From contig CAZEJT010000001.1 of the NCBI GenBank assembly GCA_964512655.1, positions 13,863 through 77,862 of the forward strand: a DNA stretch of 64,000 nt, read 5' to 3'. This document shows, piece by piece, positions 37,959 to 46,834 of this stretch. The notes under the pieces were generated by a model. It saw nothing but the letters and a program-made list of their open reading frames with translations. It was not told the DNA's origin and did not search any database. The translations under genes and the position numbers were made by a program. This DNA comes from an uncultured Chlorobiaceae bacterium (lineage in GTDB: Bacteria > Bacteroidota > Ignavibacteria > UBA10030 > SZUA-254). Numbering within the stretch: the stretch's first letter is position 1; every line of letters starts with the position of its first letter.

Positions 37959-38927
37959 ATGCCGGTGGACGAGGAACTGATTCGCCGCATCCGGCGGAAC
38001 GACCGCACAGCGGTCTCAAGGGCGATCTCGATGGTTGAGAATGGCCATGCGGACGCGCTCTCCCTCCTGAAAGGCGTATTCCCGTCGACGGGAAGGGCCC
38101 ACCGCATAGGGGTCACGGGGCCGCCGGGCTCCGGAAAGAGCACGATCACCAATAAGCTTGCCGCGGCATTCAGGGCGAAGAAGCTGCGAGTAGGGATCAT
38201 CGCCGTCGATCCGTCGAGCCCATTTACAGGAGGCGCCCTCCTGGGCGACAGAATCCGCATGACTGAGGTGGAACTCGATGAGGGGGTCTTTATCAGAAGC
38301 ATGGCCTCCCGCGGTAGCCTGGGGGGGCTGAGCAGAAAGGCGAAAGAGGCGGCGGACATTCTCGACGCATCGGGTTGCGACGTCATTTTTTTCGAGACGG
38401 TGGGGGTCGGTCAATCCGAGCTCGACATCGTGGGCGCGGCCGACACGGTGATCGTGGTCCTAGTCCCCGAGTCGGGCGACTCGATCCAGGCGATGAAAGC
38501 CGGCCTGATGGAGATTGCCGACTTCTTCGTGCTGAATAAGTCCGATCGCGCGGGGGCGGACCAGGCCGTGAGGGCGATCAAGACGGTGCTGGGAATGAGG
38601 CCTCAGACCGAGGGATGGAAACCCGACGTCATTCAGAGCGTCGCGACCGAGGGTAAGGGAATTCCGCGGATCGAGGAGGAGATCGCCGCTCACAAGAACT
38701 ATCTCACGCAAGGTGGAGGCCTCTTAAGGAAGCGGAAGGAGCGCGCGGTGGAACGAATCAGGGAGATCATAAGCGACCGCATGAGAATCGAGTTCTGGGA
38801 CGACGGGAGGGAAAAGCTGCTGATGGAGCAGATCGACGGAGTCCTCTCCGCAAAGACCACGCCGTACGACATCGCGGAGCGGCTCCTGAAAGATTTCGGG
38901 AGCGGCGGCGGAGCGAACGCCGGCTGA
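37959..38927 (+). CDS. meaB: Methylmalonyl-CoA mutase-associated G3E GTPase (MeaB/ArgK)
   Basis: 322 aa with GVTGPPGSGKSTI, AVDPSSPFTGGALLGDRIRM, ETVGVGQSE and NKSD. Confidence 0.9.
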   Translation: MPVDEELIRRIRRNDRTAVSRAISMVENGHADALSLLKGVFPSTGRAHRIGVTGPPGSGKSTITNKLAAAFRAKKLRVGIIAVDPSSPFTGGALLGDRIRMTEVELDEGVFIRSMASRGSLGGLSRKAKEAADILDASGCDVIFFETVGVGQSELDIVGAADTVIVVLVPESGDSIQAMKAGLMEIADFFVLNKSDRAGADQAVRAIKTVLGMRPQTEGWKPDVIQSVATEGKGIPRIEEEIAAHKNYLTQGGGLLRKRKERAVERIREIISDRMRIEFWDDGREKLLMEQIDGVLSAKTTPYDIAERLLKDFGSGGGANAG

Positions 38928-38940
38928 AGCCGGCGCCTGC
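38917..38940 (-). repeat. REP-like palindromic element overlapping the meaB stop codon
   Basis: ACGCCGGCTGAAGCCGGCGCCTGC. The meaB TGA (38925-38927) spans the last stem base and the GA hairpin loop. Confidence 0.75.
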
Positions 38941-39008
38941 AGCCAAGCCTGGCAGGGACGCCCCGGTGAAGCGTGCGCAACCGCCCGCCGCATGCAGGCC
39001 ATTCACTG

Positions 39009-39038
39009 CTGGTGTCACGGTATGGACCGTGACTCCAG
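39009..39038. repeat. 30-nt palindrome, family P, copy 2
   Basis: CTGGTGTCACGGTATGGACCGTGACTCCAG, downstream of meaB. Confidence 0.8.
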
Positions 39039-39126
39039 TCTAACCGATCGATATTGGGCTCTACGTACGTTGCAATTTTGGCGAAATCGTCATACATTAG
39101 GGCGTTGACCATTCCCCAGAACGCCG

Positions 39127-40305
39127 ATGCCTGAACAGGCCACAATGGAGCTGGCCGCCCCCGAGTTCGAACTCACCGAGAGCATGCGGATGGTACAGGA
39201 GACCGCGAGGAATTTCGCGGAGAAGGAGATCAGGCCCTCCATCATGCGGTACGACGAGTCCCAGGAATTTCCCCACGAGATCATCCGCAAGCTCGGAGAC
39301 CTGGGCTTCATGGGCATCATCCTCCCGGAAGAATACGGCGGATCCGGTTTCGGGTATCTTGAATATGTAACGATGCTCGAGGAGATATCTCGCGTCGATC
39401 CGTCGATCGGCCTGAGCCTTGCTGCGCACAACAGCCTTTGTTGCAACCACCTCTATACCTTCGGCTCCGAAGCCCTGAAAAGGAGGTTTCTCCCCGAACT
39501 CGCCTCAGGGCGGATGATCGGGGCGTGGGCGCTGACCGAGCCGACCTCCGGAAGCGACGCGGGAGGTATGCTGACGACGGCCGTAAAGGGCGCCGACGGG
39601 TATACGATCAACGGGAGCAAGAACTTCATTACCCACGGTTCCGTCGCGGGAGTCACTGTCGTCATGGCCATTCACGACCGCGCGAAGGGGAAAAAAGGGA
39701 TCTCCGCATTTCTGATGGAGAACGGCGCGCCCGGCTTCATCGTCAGCAAGAAGGAGAACAAGCTTGGCATGCGCTGCTGCGATACCTCGGCGCTTGCGTT
39801 CGATAACTGCCGCATCCCGTCTGAAAACCTCCTGGGCGAGGAAGGGACCGGATTCAACCAGGCGCTCGCGGTTCTCGACGGCGGCAGGATCAGCATCGCG
39901 GCACTGGCCGTCGGGATCGCCCAGGGAGCGCTCGACGCGAGCCTGAAATACGCGCGGGAGCGGAAGCAGTTCGGCAAGCCGATCGGCGAGTTCCAGGCGA
40001 TCCAGTGGAAGCTGGCCGACATGGCGACGGGGATCGAGGCGGCCCGGCTGCTGACCTACCGGGCGGCGCATCTCAAGAACCAGGGGAAGGAGATAACGCT
40101 CGAGTCGTCGATGGCGAAGTATTTCGCCGGCGAAGTCGCGGTGAGCGCGACAAACGAGGCGGTGCAGATCCACGGGGGCTACGGGTTTATCAAGGACTTC
40201 CCCGTCGAGAAGCTGTACCGCGACGTCAAGCTCGTGACCATCGGAGAGGGGACCACGGAAATCCAGAAGATGGTGATTGCACGCGAGCTGCTGAACCAAC
40301 TCTAA
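39127..40305 (+). CDS. Acyl-CoA dehydrogenase (short/branched-chain type)
   Basis: 392 aa with AWALTEPTSGSDAGGM, FAD/CoA-binding core and C-terminal IGEGTTEIQKMVIAREL. Confidence 0.9.
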   Translation: MPEQATMELAAPEFELTESMRMVQETARNFAEKEIRPSIMRYDESQEFPHEIIRKLGDLGFMGIILPEEYGGSGFGYLEYVTMLEEISRVDPSIGLSLAAHNSLCCNHLYTFGSEALKRRFLPELASGRMIGAWALTEPTSGSDAGGMLTTAVKGADGYTINGSKNFITHGSVAGVTVVMAIHDRAKGKKGISAFLMENGAPGFIVSKKENKLGMRCCDTSALAFDNCRIPSENLLGEEGTGFNQALAVLDGGRISIAALAVGIAQGALDASLKYARERKQFGKPIGEFQAIQWKLADMATGIEAARLLTYRAAHLKNQGKEITLESSMAKYFAGEVAVSATNEAVQIHGGYGFIKDFPVEKLYRDVKLVTIGEGTTEIQKMVIARELLNQL

Positions 40306-40328
40306 CGCGTTCCCCGCAGTAACCCTGC

Positions 40329-41987
40329 ATGTCCACCTCCGGCCCTGCGGTCAAAAAAGACCTCGCGTTCCACACCTACGAGGACAACCTCAAGAATCTC
40401 CTCCGCGTCCTGAAGGCCAGGGCCGAGACCGTCCGGCTCGGCGGCGGCAAGGCGGGAATTGATAAGCAGCACAAGCGAGGCAAATTGACGGCGAGGGAGA
40501 GGATCGCGAAGCTGATCGATCCCTCGAGCGAGTTCCTTGAGATCGGCCTCTTCTCCGCCTACGGCATGTACGAGGAGTACGGCGGTGCCCCCTCGGCCGG
40601 GACGGTGTTCGGCGTCGGGAGGATTCATGGCCGCGACGTGGTCGTCGTCGCAAACGACGCCACCGTCAAGGCCGGCGCCTGGTTCCCCATCACGTGCAAG
40701 AAAAACCTCCGCGCCCAGGAAATTTCGATGGAGAACCGGCTTCCAATCGTGTACCTGGTCGATTCCGCAGGGGTCTTCCTTCCCCTCCAGAGCGAAATCT
40801 TCCCCGACAAAGAGCATTTCGGCCGGATATTCCGGAACAACGCCGTCATGTCGTCGATGGGCATCACCCAGATCGCGGCCATCATGGGGCCGTGCGTTGC
40901 CGGGGGCGCGTATCTCCCGATCATGAGCGACGAGGCTCTGATCGTAAACGGGACGGGAAGCGTCTTTCTGGCCGGGCCGTTCCTCGTAAAGGCGGCGATC
41001 GGGGAAGAAGTCGACGCGGAGAAGCTCGGGGGGGCGGAGATGCACAGCGAGATCAGCGGTGTCACCGATTACAAGATGCCGGACGACTCCGCTTGCCTGG
41101 AAACGATCCGCCGGCTCATCTCGAAGCTCGGCCACTCCCCGGCGGGCGGTTTCGACAGAATCGCGCCGAAATCCCCGCGTCTCGATCCGACCGAGGTCTA
41201 CGGGCTGATACCGGAGGACAGGGCGAAGCCCTACGACATGCACAGTGTCCTCTCGACGATCCTCGACGAGGGCGATTTCGAGGAATACAAGCAGGGATAC
41301 GGGAAAACGCTGATCACGGCATACGCGAGAGTCGACGGCTGGGCAGTCGGCGTCGTTGCGAACCAGAGGTCCGTCGCGAAGACGCGGTCGGGCGAGATGC
41401 AGGTGGGGGGCGTGATCTACAGCGAAAGCGCCGACAAGGGGGCGCGATTCATTATGGCGTGCAACCAGAAGAAGATCCCGCTCGTCTTTTTTCAGGACGT
41501 CACCGGATTCATGGTCGGTTCTCGCGCCGAGCGGGGAGGAATCATCAAGGACGGGGCGAAGATGGTGAACGCCGTGGCCAACAGCGTCGTCCCGAAGATC
41601 ACTTTTATCGTGGGAAACAGCTACGGGGCGGGCAACTACGCGATGTGCGGGAAGGCCTATGATCCCCGCTTCATCTTCGCGTGGCCCACGGCGCAGATCG
41701 CGGTGATGGGAGGGAAGCAGGCGAGCGAGACGCTCCTCAGCATTAAACTGCAGCAGATGGCCGGTCCCTCGGGCGCGCCTGTGACGAAGGAAGTGCAGGA
41801 GAAGCTCCTGAAAGAGATTTCCGGGCGGTACGAAAGCGAGCTCGATCCGTACTTCGCGGCCGCGCGGCTCTGGGTCGACGGGATCATCGACCCCGCGGAG
41901 ACGCGAGGCATCATCTCGCGGGCGATCGGAATCGCCTCGAACAACCCCGACCTGCCGAGATTCAACCCTGGCGTGATCCAGGTGTAA
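40329..41987 (+). CDS. Acyl-CoA carboxylase carboxyltransferase (beta) subunit, methylcrotonoyl-CoA carboxylase-like
   Basis: 552 aa with tandem crotonase-like CT domains (RGKLTARERIAKLID, VVANDATVKAGAW, VDSAGVFLP, GPCVAGGAYLP, IVGNSYGAGNYAM). No biotin carboxylase subunit is in the window. Confidence 0.9.
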   Translation: MSTSGPAVKKDLAFHTYEDNLKNLLRVLKARAETVRLGGGKAGIDKQHKRGKLTARERIAKLIDPSSEFLEIGLFSAYGMYEEYGGAPSAGTVFGVGRIHGRDVVVVANDATVKAGAWFPITCKKNLRAQEISMENRLPIVYLVDSAGVFLPLQSEIFPDKEHFGRIFRNNAVMSSMGITQIAAIMGPCVAGGAYLPIMSDEALIVNGTGSVFLAGPFLVKAAIGEEVDAEKLGGAEMHSEISGVTDYKMPDDSACLETIRRLISKLGHSPAGGFDRIAPKSPRLDPTEVYGLIPEDRAKPYDMHSVLSTILDEGDFEEYKQGYGKTLITAYARVDGWAVGVVANQRSVAKTRSGEMQVGGVIYSESADKGARFIMACNQKKIPLVFFQDVTGFMVGSRAERGGIIKDGAKMVNAVANSVVPKITFIVGNSYGAGNYAMCGKAYDPRFIFAWPTAQIAVMGGKQASETLLSIKLQQMAGPSGAPVTKEVQEKLLKEISGRYESELDPYFAAARLWVDGIIDPAETRGIISRAIGIASNNPDLPRFNPGVIQV

Positions 41988-41990
41988 CGC

Positions 41991-42761
41991 ATGAGACTCT
42001 TTGCAGCCGCCGTCATGCTGGCAGCATCGGCCCCGCGGCTCCTTCCGGCCCAGACGCTTCCCCCGGATTCGGTGGCGGCGTTCCGCCCGTACTTCACGTT
42101 CCACGACGACCCGCCCCTGAGCTGTCTGTTTACCTACTTTCCCCCGTTCTTCATCCAGCACGGGATCGAGATGAAGCAATTCCTCCGCAGCAAGGCCTTC
42201 CACCGCCTGAAGGACCGGCTGGGCGACCGCCGCGCCCTCGACGCCATTTACGTGCGCTCGATGCAGCTGACGGACAACAACACGGCGATCGCCCTTCTCC
42301 TCGCCGCGATCGCGACTTTCGATCACCGCGTGGTCGGCCTGAAGGTACCCGTGTTCCAGTTCTACTTCCCCCTCTCGAACGAATCGCAGGAAGAGTTCGA
42401 CCGGAGGGTAAGCCGGCTTCCCGCGCGCATCTACCCCGACACGCCGCCCAGACCGGCGGGCGACCGGGATAAGCTGCAGCATTTTTTCGGGTCCGCATTC
42501 CTCACGGTGGCGTTCGAGTCGGAATCGGGCGCCGACCGGACGGGGGTATTCGTGGAAGAGGGAGAGGACATTTTTATAGTCGGGGGAGTCAAGGACGAGC
42601 GCGATCTCCGGGCAGACCGAGATGGCCGCCGGTTCGGCAAGGCACTCCTGGAGGACAACCGCCGCTATCCTTCGCGCTTCCTGAGCGGAACGCCCGACAC
42701 GGCGCGCATACACCAGGGCGCCGCGCCCGCCAGCGGGGCGGGGGAAGGAGGCCGCCGGTGA
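41991..42761 (+). CDS. Hypothetical secreted protein
   Basis: 256 aa with signal peptide MRLFAAAVMLAASAPRLLPAQ. It is tightly packed: 3 nt after the upstream stop, and its own stop overlaps the next start as GTGA. No recognisable motif. Confidence 0.5.
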   Translation: MRLFAAAVMLAASAPRLLPAQTLPPDSVAAFRPYFTFHDDPPLSCLFTYFPPFFIQHGIEMKQFLRSKAFHRLKDRLGDRRALDAIYVRSMQLTDNNTAIALLLAAIATFDHRVVGLKVPVFQFYFPLSNESQEEFDRRVSRLPARIYPDTPPRPAGDRDKLQHFFGSAFLTVAFESESGADRTGVFVEEGEDIFIVGGVKDERDLRADRDGRRFGKALLEDNRRYPSRFLSGTPDTARIHQGAAPASGAGEGGRR

Positions 42762-44119
42762 GAACGGTTCTCGTCATCGACGACGAAGCGAGCATTCGCG
42801 AGTCGATCAGGATGATACTGGAGTATGAGAAGTACAGGGTCCTGTTCGCGGAGAACGGCCGGAAGGGCCTCCAGGCCCTTCGTGAAGAGCAGGTCGACGC
42901 CGTCCTCCTCGACATCAAGATGCCGCAGGGTATGGACGGAATCGAAGTGCTCCGCGAGCTCCGCAGGATGAACGCGGGCCTCCCGGTCATCATGATCTCG
43001 GGACACGGCACATTTGAGACCGCGGTCGAGGCGACGAAGCTCGGCGCCTTCGACTATCTCCCTAAGCCCCTTGACAGGGAAAAGCTCCTGATCGCCCTCA
43101 GAAACGCTCTCGAACGCTCCACGCTCGCGGAAGAGCTCCGCAGGGTGCGCGGCAAGGAGCGCATCCTCGGCGACAGCCCCAAGATCCGCGAGATCGCCGC
43201 CCTGATCCAGCGGGTGGCCCCGACGGAGACCCGGGTTCTCATCGCGGGAGAAAGCGGCAGCGGCAAGGAACTGGTGGCGAAGGCCATCCACCGGGGAAGC
43301 AAAAGGGCCGGCATGCCGCTCGTCGAGGTTAACTGCGCGGCCATTCCCGCCGAGTTGATCGAGTCTGAGCTGTTCGGCCATGAGAAAGGCTCGTTCACGG
43401 GGGCGACGGCGATGCGGATCGGAAAGTTCGAGCAGGCAGACGGAGGGACTATATTCCTCGACGAGATCGGGGACATGAGCCTGCAGGCCCAGGCGAAAGT
43501 ACTGCGCGTTCTGGAGGAGGGGAAGATCGAGCGAGTCGGCGGCAACCAGGTGATCCCGGTCGATGTGAGGGTCATCGCGGCGACGAACAAAAACCTTCCC
43601 GAGGAGGTGAAGAAAGGATCGTTCCGGGAGGACCTCTACCACCGCCTCAACGTGATACCGGTCGTCGTCCCGCCCCTGCGCGAACGGAGGGAGGACATCC
43701 CGATTCTTGTGAAAGCGTTCATCGAGGACACCTGCGCGAGAAACGGCATGGCGGTGAAATCGATAACAGGCCGGGCGCTCGAGGCGCTCAGCCGCATGGA
43801 ATGGAGCGGGAATGTGCGCGAGCTGAGAAACATCGTCGAGAGGCTCGTGATCATGTCGCCGGGGGATACCATCGAGGACGCCGGGGGTGCGCTTCCGGGC
43901 CCCGCTGCCAAAGGCGAGATCGACGATATCCTCCACTCGAGCGCGAGCTTCCAGGAGTTCAAGGACCGCGCCGAGGCGGCCTTCATCAAGCGGCAACTCG
44001 AAATGCACGGCTGGAATGTGTCGAAGACCGCGGAAGCTCTCGAGATGGAGCGGAGCCACCTGTACACGAAGATCAAGAAATACGGGTTGGAGCGGGGAGG
44101 AGAAGGGGGAGAGGCATAG
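42758..44119 (+). CDS. Sigma-54-dependent response regulator (NtrC-family enhancer-binding protein)
   Basis: 453 aa. It has a REC domain (AVLLDIKMPQGMDG) and an AAA+ domain with GESGSGKE, ESELFGHEKGSFTGA and SFREDLYHRLNV. A C-terminal HTH is present (NVSKTAEALEMERSHLYTKIKKYG). Confidence 0.9.
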   Translation: MRTVLVIDDEASIRESIRMILEYEKYRVLFAENGRKGLQALREEQVDAVLLDIKMPQGMDGIEVLRELRRMNAGLPVIMISGHGTFETAVEATKLGAFDYLPKPLDREKLLIALRNALERSTLAEELRRVRGKERILGDSPKIREIAALIQRVAPTETRVLIAGESGSGKELVAKAIHRGSKRAGMPLVEVNCAAIPAELIESELFGHEKGSFTGATAMRIGKFEQADGGTIFLDEIGDMSLQAQAKVLRVLEEGKIERVGGNQVIPVDVRVIAATNKNLPEEVKKGSFREDLYHRLNVIPVVVPPLRERREDIPILVKAFIEDTCARNGMAVKSITGRALEALSRMEWSGNVRELRNIVERLVIMSPGDTIEDAGGALPGPAAKGEIDDILHSSASFQEFKDRAEAAFIKRQLEMHGWNVSKTAEALEMERSHLYTKIKKYGLERGGEGGEA

Positions 44120-44138
44120 CCGGTGGAGCGCACGCCGG

Positions 44139-44168
44139 CTGGTGTCACGGTACGGACCGTGACACCAG
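44139..44168. repeat. 30-nt palindrome, family P, copy 3 (perfect stem)
   Basis: CTGGTGTCACGGTACGGACCGTGACACCAG, between convergent genes. Its 5' flank ACGCCGG plus the element's own first CT reproduces the left arm ACGCCGGCT of the REP family. Confidence 0.8.
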
Positions 44169-44197
44169 CTTGTCATCAGTTCCACCCCGTGAGAACA

Positions 44198-44234
44198 ACG
44201 CGGGCTGAAGCCCGCGCCTACGGCCTGTGCCTAC
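44198..44234 (-). repeat. REP-like element plus one 13-nt tail repeat
   Basis: ACGCGGGCTGAAGCCCGCGCCTAC followed by GGCCTGTGCCTAC, 10 nt from the rlmB stop. Confidence 0.75.
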
Positions 44235-44243
44235 CGCACGCGA

Positions 44244-45047
44244 TTACAATTTCCTGCGGTTTCGCGCGGCCTCGTACATGACGAGCGCCCCCGCGACTGA
44301 GGCGTTGAGAGATTCGATGCGTCCGAAGTGGGGAATCCGGACGAGAAAGTCGCACTTTTCCCTGACGAGCTGGCGCATTCCCTTCCCCTCATTTCCGATG
44401 ACGAGAGCGATCGGACCCGTGTAATCCGCTTCCGTGTAGAGCTTCTCTCCCCCGCTATCGGTCCCGATCACCCAGATTCCCTTCCCCTTCAGCTCCTCGA
44501 TCGTGGCGGCCACGTTGACGACTTTCGCAACGGGCATGTGCTCGCTGGCACCGGCCGACGTCTTCGCGACTGTCGCATTGACCCCTGCGGCGTGGTGCTT
44601 TGGGATAATCACGCCGTGAATCCCCGCGCAGTCGGCCGTGCGGATGAGAGCGCCCAGATTGTGAGGGTCCTCGATCTCGTCGAGAATGAGGACCAGAGGG
44701 GGCTCTCCCCGTTGGCGCGCGGCATCGAGGATATAGTCCACCTCAACGTACGCTTTCGTCCCCACGATAGCCACGATTCCCTGCGTCGTCGTATCGCTGG
44801 CGAGCTCGCGGAATTTTTGCTTCCCGACCTCGACGCACGGCACGCGCTCGCGCTTCGCCAGGGCCCTGATTTTCTCGACGGCGTTTCCCCTGACGCCGGA
44901 GAGAATGAAAATCTTCTCGATGATGGTTCCCGCCTTGAGGGCTTCGATAACGGGATTCCTGCCGGCAAGGATGTTGGAGTCCGGCCTGCGCTGGCTCACG
45001 CCCGGCTCGGGAGCGGTCTGGTGCGGAATGATCTCCTCTGCGTACAT
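44244..45047 (-). CDS. rlmB: SpoU/TrmH-family 23S rRNA 2'-O-methyltransferase (RlmB-like)
   Basis: 267 aa with an N-terminal substrate-binding domain (GRNPVIEAL) and a SPOUT core (DEIEDPHNLGALIRTA, LVIGNEGKGM, IPHFGRIESLNASVAGAL). Confidence 0.85.
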   Translation of the reverse strand: MYAEEIIPHQTAPEPGVSQRRPDSNILAGRNPVIEALKAGTIIEKIFILSGVRGNAVEKIRALAKRERVPCVEVGKQKFRELASDTTTQGIVAIVGTKAYVEVDYILDAARQRGEPPLVLILDEIEDPHNLGALIRTADCAGIHGVIIPKHHAAGVNATVAKTSAGASEHMPVAKVVNVAATIEELKGKGIWVIGTDSGGEKLYTEADYTGPIALVIGNEGKGMRQLVREKCDFLVRIPHFGRIESLNASVAGALVMYEAARNRRKL

Positions 45048-45084
45048 ATCGGGTTCACGCTCTGCCCCCCGTACTTAGTAAACG

Positions 45085-45285
45085 TCATGCCGCGCTCTCA
45101 CGGTTCCCGCCCCCGGTTCGCGCCGGTTTCTCGAGAAGGTATCCGACGGCAAACACCACGATCCCTGCGAGGAGCATATAGAGATCCCCCCACATGTCGC
45201 CGTACATTCCCTGCACAAGCCCGAGGATCAGCGCCGCAATTCCGGCTGCCTCGAGAACTTTTCCTGCGATGTATCGTCTCCTCAC
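45085..45285 (-). CDS. Small membrane protein (2 TM), function unknown
   Basis: 66 aa with two hydrophobic helices (AAGIAALILGLVQGMY, LYMLLAGIVVFAVGYLL). The GTG start overlaps the upstream stop (GTGA). Confidence 0.45.
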   Translation of the reverse strand: MRRRYIAGKVLEAAGIAALILGLVQGMYGDMWGDLYMLLAGIVVFAVGYLLEKPARTGGGNRESAA

Positions 45286-45536
45286 CGGCGGCCCCCGGCG
45301 GCATTCCGCAGCATGGGGATGAACTCCTCTTCGCGGATCCTGAAGTGGCAGGCGTACGCTCCGTTGATGTGGATGACGGGGAACCGCTCCTTCATTTCCC
45401 CGTACAGGGGGTCGCCCTCGCCAATGAGGGTCTCAAGGAGCTCGAATGGAAACCTCTTCCTCAGCCCCAGCAGCGTTTCCTTTGCTTTGACGCACAGGCT
45501 GCACTCGGGGGCGGAGAAGATCTCTACGACGACCAT
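45282..45536 (-). CDS. Glutaredoxin-like small thioredoxin-fold protein
   Basis: 84 aa: MVVVEIFSAPECSLCVKAKETL...FPVIHINGAY, with a CxxC motif in a beta-alpha-beta context. It is the C-terminal part of track ORF 45282..46160, whose upstream portion overlaps lgt in another frame. The start ATG shares one base with the lgt stop. Confidence 0.65.
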   Translation of the reverse strand: MVVVEIFSAPECSLCVKAKETLLGLRKRFPFELLETLIGEGDPLYGEMKERFPVIHINGAYACHFRIREEEFIPMLRNAAGGRR

Positions 45537-46363
45537 CAGACCGGGAGCGCCTCGGGTTTCTTCCGCGAGAGAAGGGCGAAACCGGCGATGCCGGCGGCGA
45601 TCATCACGACAGAGAAGAGCTGCGCTTCGGTCAGTCCGAGGAGGAGTCGGGGATTGAGGCGGATGAACTCGACGAGAAAGCGCGCGGAGCCCGAGAGAAT
45701 AAGGTAGAGCATGAATGCCTGGCCGTCGATCCGAAATTTCTTCCGCACGCTCCACAGGAGCGCGAAGAGGATGACGCCCGCGATGAACTCGTAGATCGGG
45801 GCGGGATGGACCGGGATCGTATCGGGGACGACGCCGTTGACGCCATATCGCTGAACGATCTCGGGGAAACCCTTGAAGGCCATCGAGGGAGGGTAGGTCC
45901 CGTTCGAATAGACGCACGCCCAGGGGAGGTCGGTCGGCATCCCGTAATCGCCGTCGCCCGAAAGATGGCAGCCGATACGGGCCACCCCGTATCCCAGGAG
46001 AAGGGCGGGGGCGGCGGCGTCGCACACGACGAGAAACGGAATCTTTTTTCTGCGGGCGAAAATCATGATCGCGAGCGTGGCGAGGATAAACCCCCCGTAC
46101 CACGTCAGTCCTCCCGGAGAAAATGCCATCGCCAACGGGTCGCGCGAGGCATACTCCCAATTCTCGATCAGATAGAGGAGTTTCGAGCCCGCGATGCCGA
46201 AGACGATAGCGAGGAGAGTGATCGTACTCCCGAGGTTCGGATCGAGCCCCTTGCGGCGCAGCTCTTTTGTGAGGACGATGCTCGCGAGGATGAAGCCCAC
46301 CCCGAGCATGAGGCCGTAGCTGTAAATCGTAAGGGGGCCGATGGTGAAGAGTTTTGGGTGCAT
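45536..46363 (-). CDS. lgt: Prolipoprotein diacylglyceryl transferase
   Basis: 275 aa. The N-terminus is IGPLTIYSYGLMLGVGFILA. Also present are conserved GARIGCHLSGDGDYG, HPAPIYE and multiple TM helices. Confidence 0.92.
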   Translation of the reverse strand: MHPKLFTIGPLTIYSYGLMLGVGFILASIVLTKELRRKGLDPNLGSTITLLAIVFGIAGSKLLYLIENWEYASRDPLAMAFSPGGLTWYGGFILATLAIMIFARRKKIPFLVVCDAAAPALLLGYGVARIGCHLSGDGDYGMPTDLPWACVYSNGTYPPSMAFKGFPEIVQRYGVNGVVPDTIPVHPAPIYEFIAGVILFALLWSVRKKFRIDGQAFMLYLILSGSARFLVEFIRLNPRLLLGLTEAQLFSVVMIAAGIAGFALLSRKKPEALPV

Positions 46364-46423
46364 GAGAAGGCCGAAGTTGCCGGGATTAGTTACGGTCGAT
46401 ATGAGAAGGCGCGGGATGCGCCA

Positions 46424-46834
46424 TCACCATTCCTGAACGTTCGTCACGAGGTCGACGAACCCTCCGCCGGCAGGGCTCTTGAGGGTCACGCTTTCGGCGG
46501 AGATGGAGATTGTGAACTGGTTCTCTTCGCGGTCGAGCTTCGAAACGACGACCGTGTACGTCCCCCGGAGCCCCTCGAACTCCGTTTCGAAGACCGCGGG
46601 TCCGGTTCCGGGGATCGTCACCTGAGGCGCGCGAAGGCCGTGGATGCTCAGCCGGATCGTCTTCCCCTCGAGAACCGGTTCAACCACGATTTCATACCGG
46701 AAGTTCGTGAATTCGTTCACGGTTCGCAAGGCCGCTCGGGTGACCGTTGTCTGCTCGCGCTCCTTCCGCTTCTGGTCGATCAGGAGCCGGTATTCGGCCG
46801 GAAACGCCCGCTTGATCCGCTTACCCTGCTTCAT
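46424..46834 (-). CDS. Hypothetical protein
   Basis: 136 aa. Its start overlaps the hisS stop by 4 nt. Composition is balanced and non-shadow, and no motif was recognised. Confidence 0.5.
   Translation of the reverse strand: MKQGKRIKRAFPAEYRLLIDQKRKEREQTTVTRAALRTVNEFTNFRYEIVVEPVLEGKTIRLSIHGLRAPQVTIPGTGPAVFETEFEGLRGTYTVVVSKLDREENQFTISISAESVTLKSPAGGGFVDLVTNVQEW

Noticed and set aside
40302-44185. 803-aa and 506-aa minus-strand ORFs (40302..42713, 42665..44185)
   Set aside because: They are antisense to the carboxyltransferase, the hypothetical protein and the sigma-54 regulator. The same holds for other long antisense ORFs: 31288..32613, 31812..32816, 28638..29648, 20696..21922, 33306..34460, 34457..35767, 35614..36816 and 53230..54699.
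45537-46160. Upstream 208 codons of track ORF 45282..46160
   Set aside because: They overlap lgt in a different frame with Arg/Pro-rich junk composition. Only the last 84 codons, from ATG 45536, form a coherent glutaredoxin-like protein.
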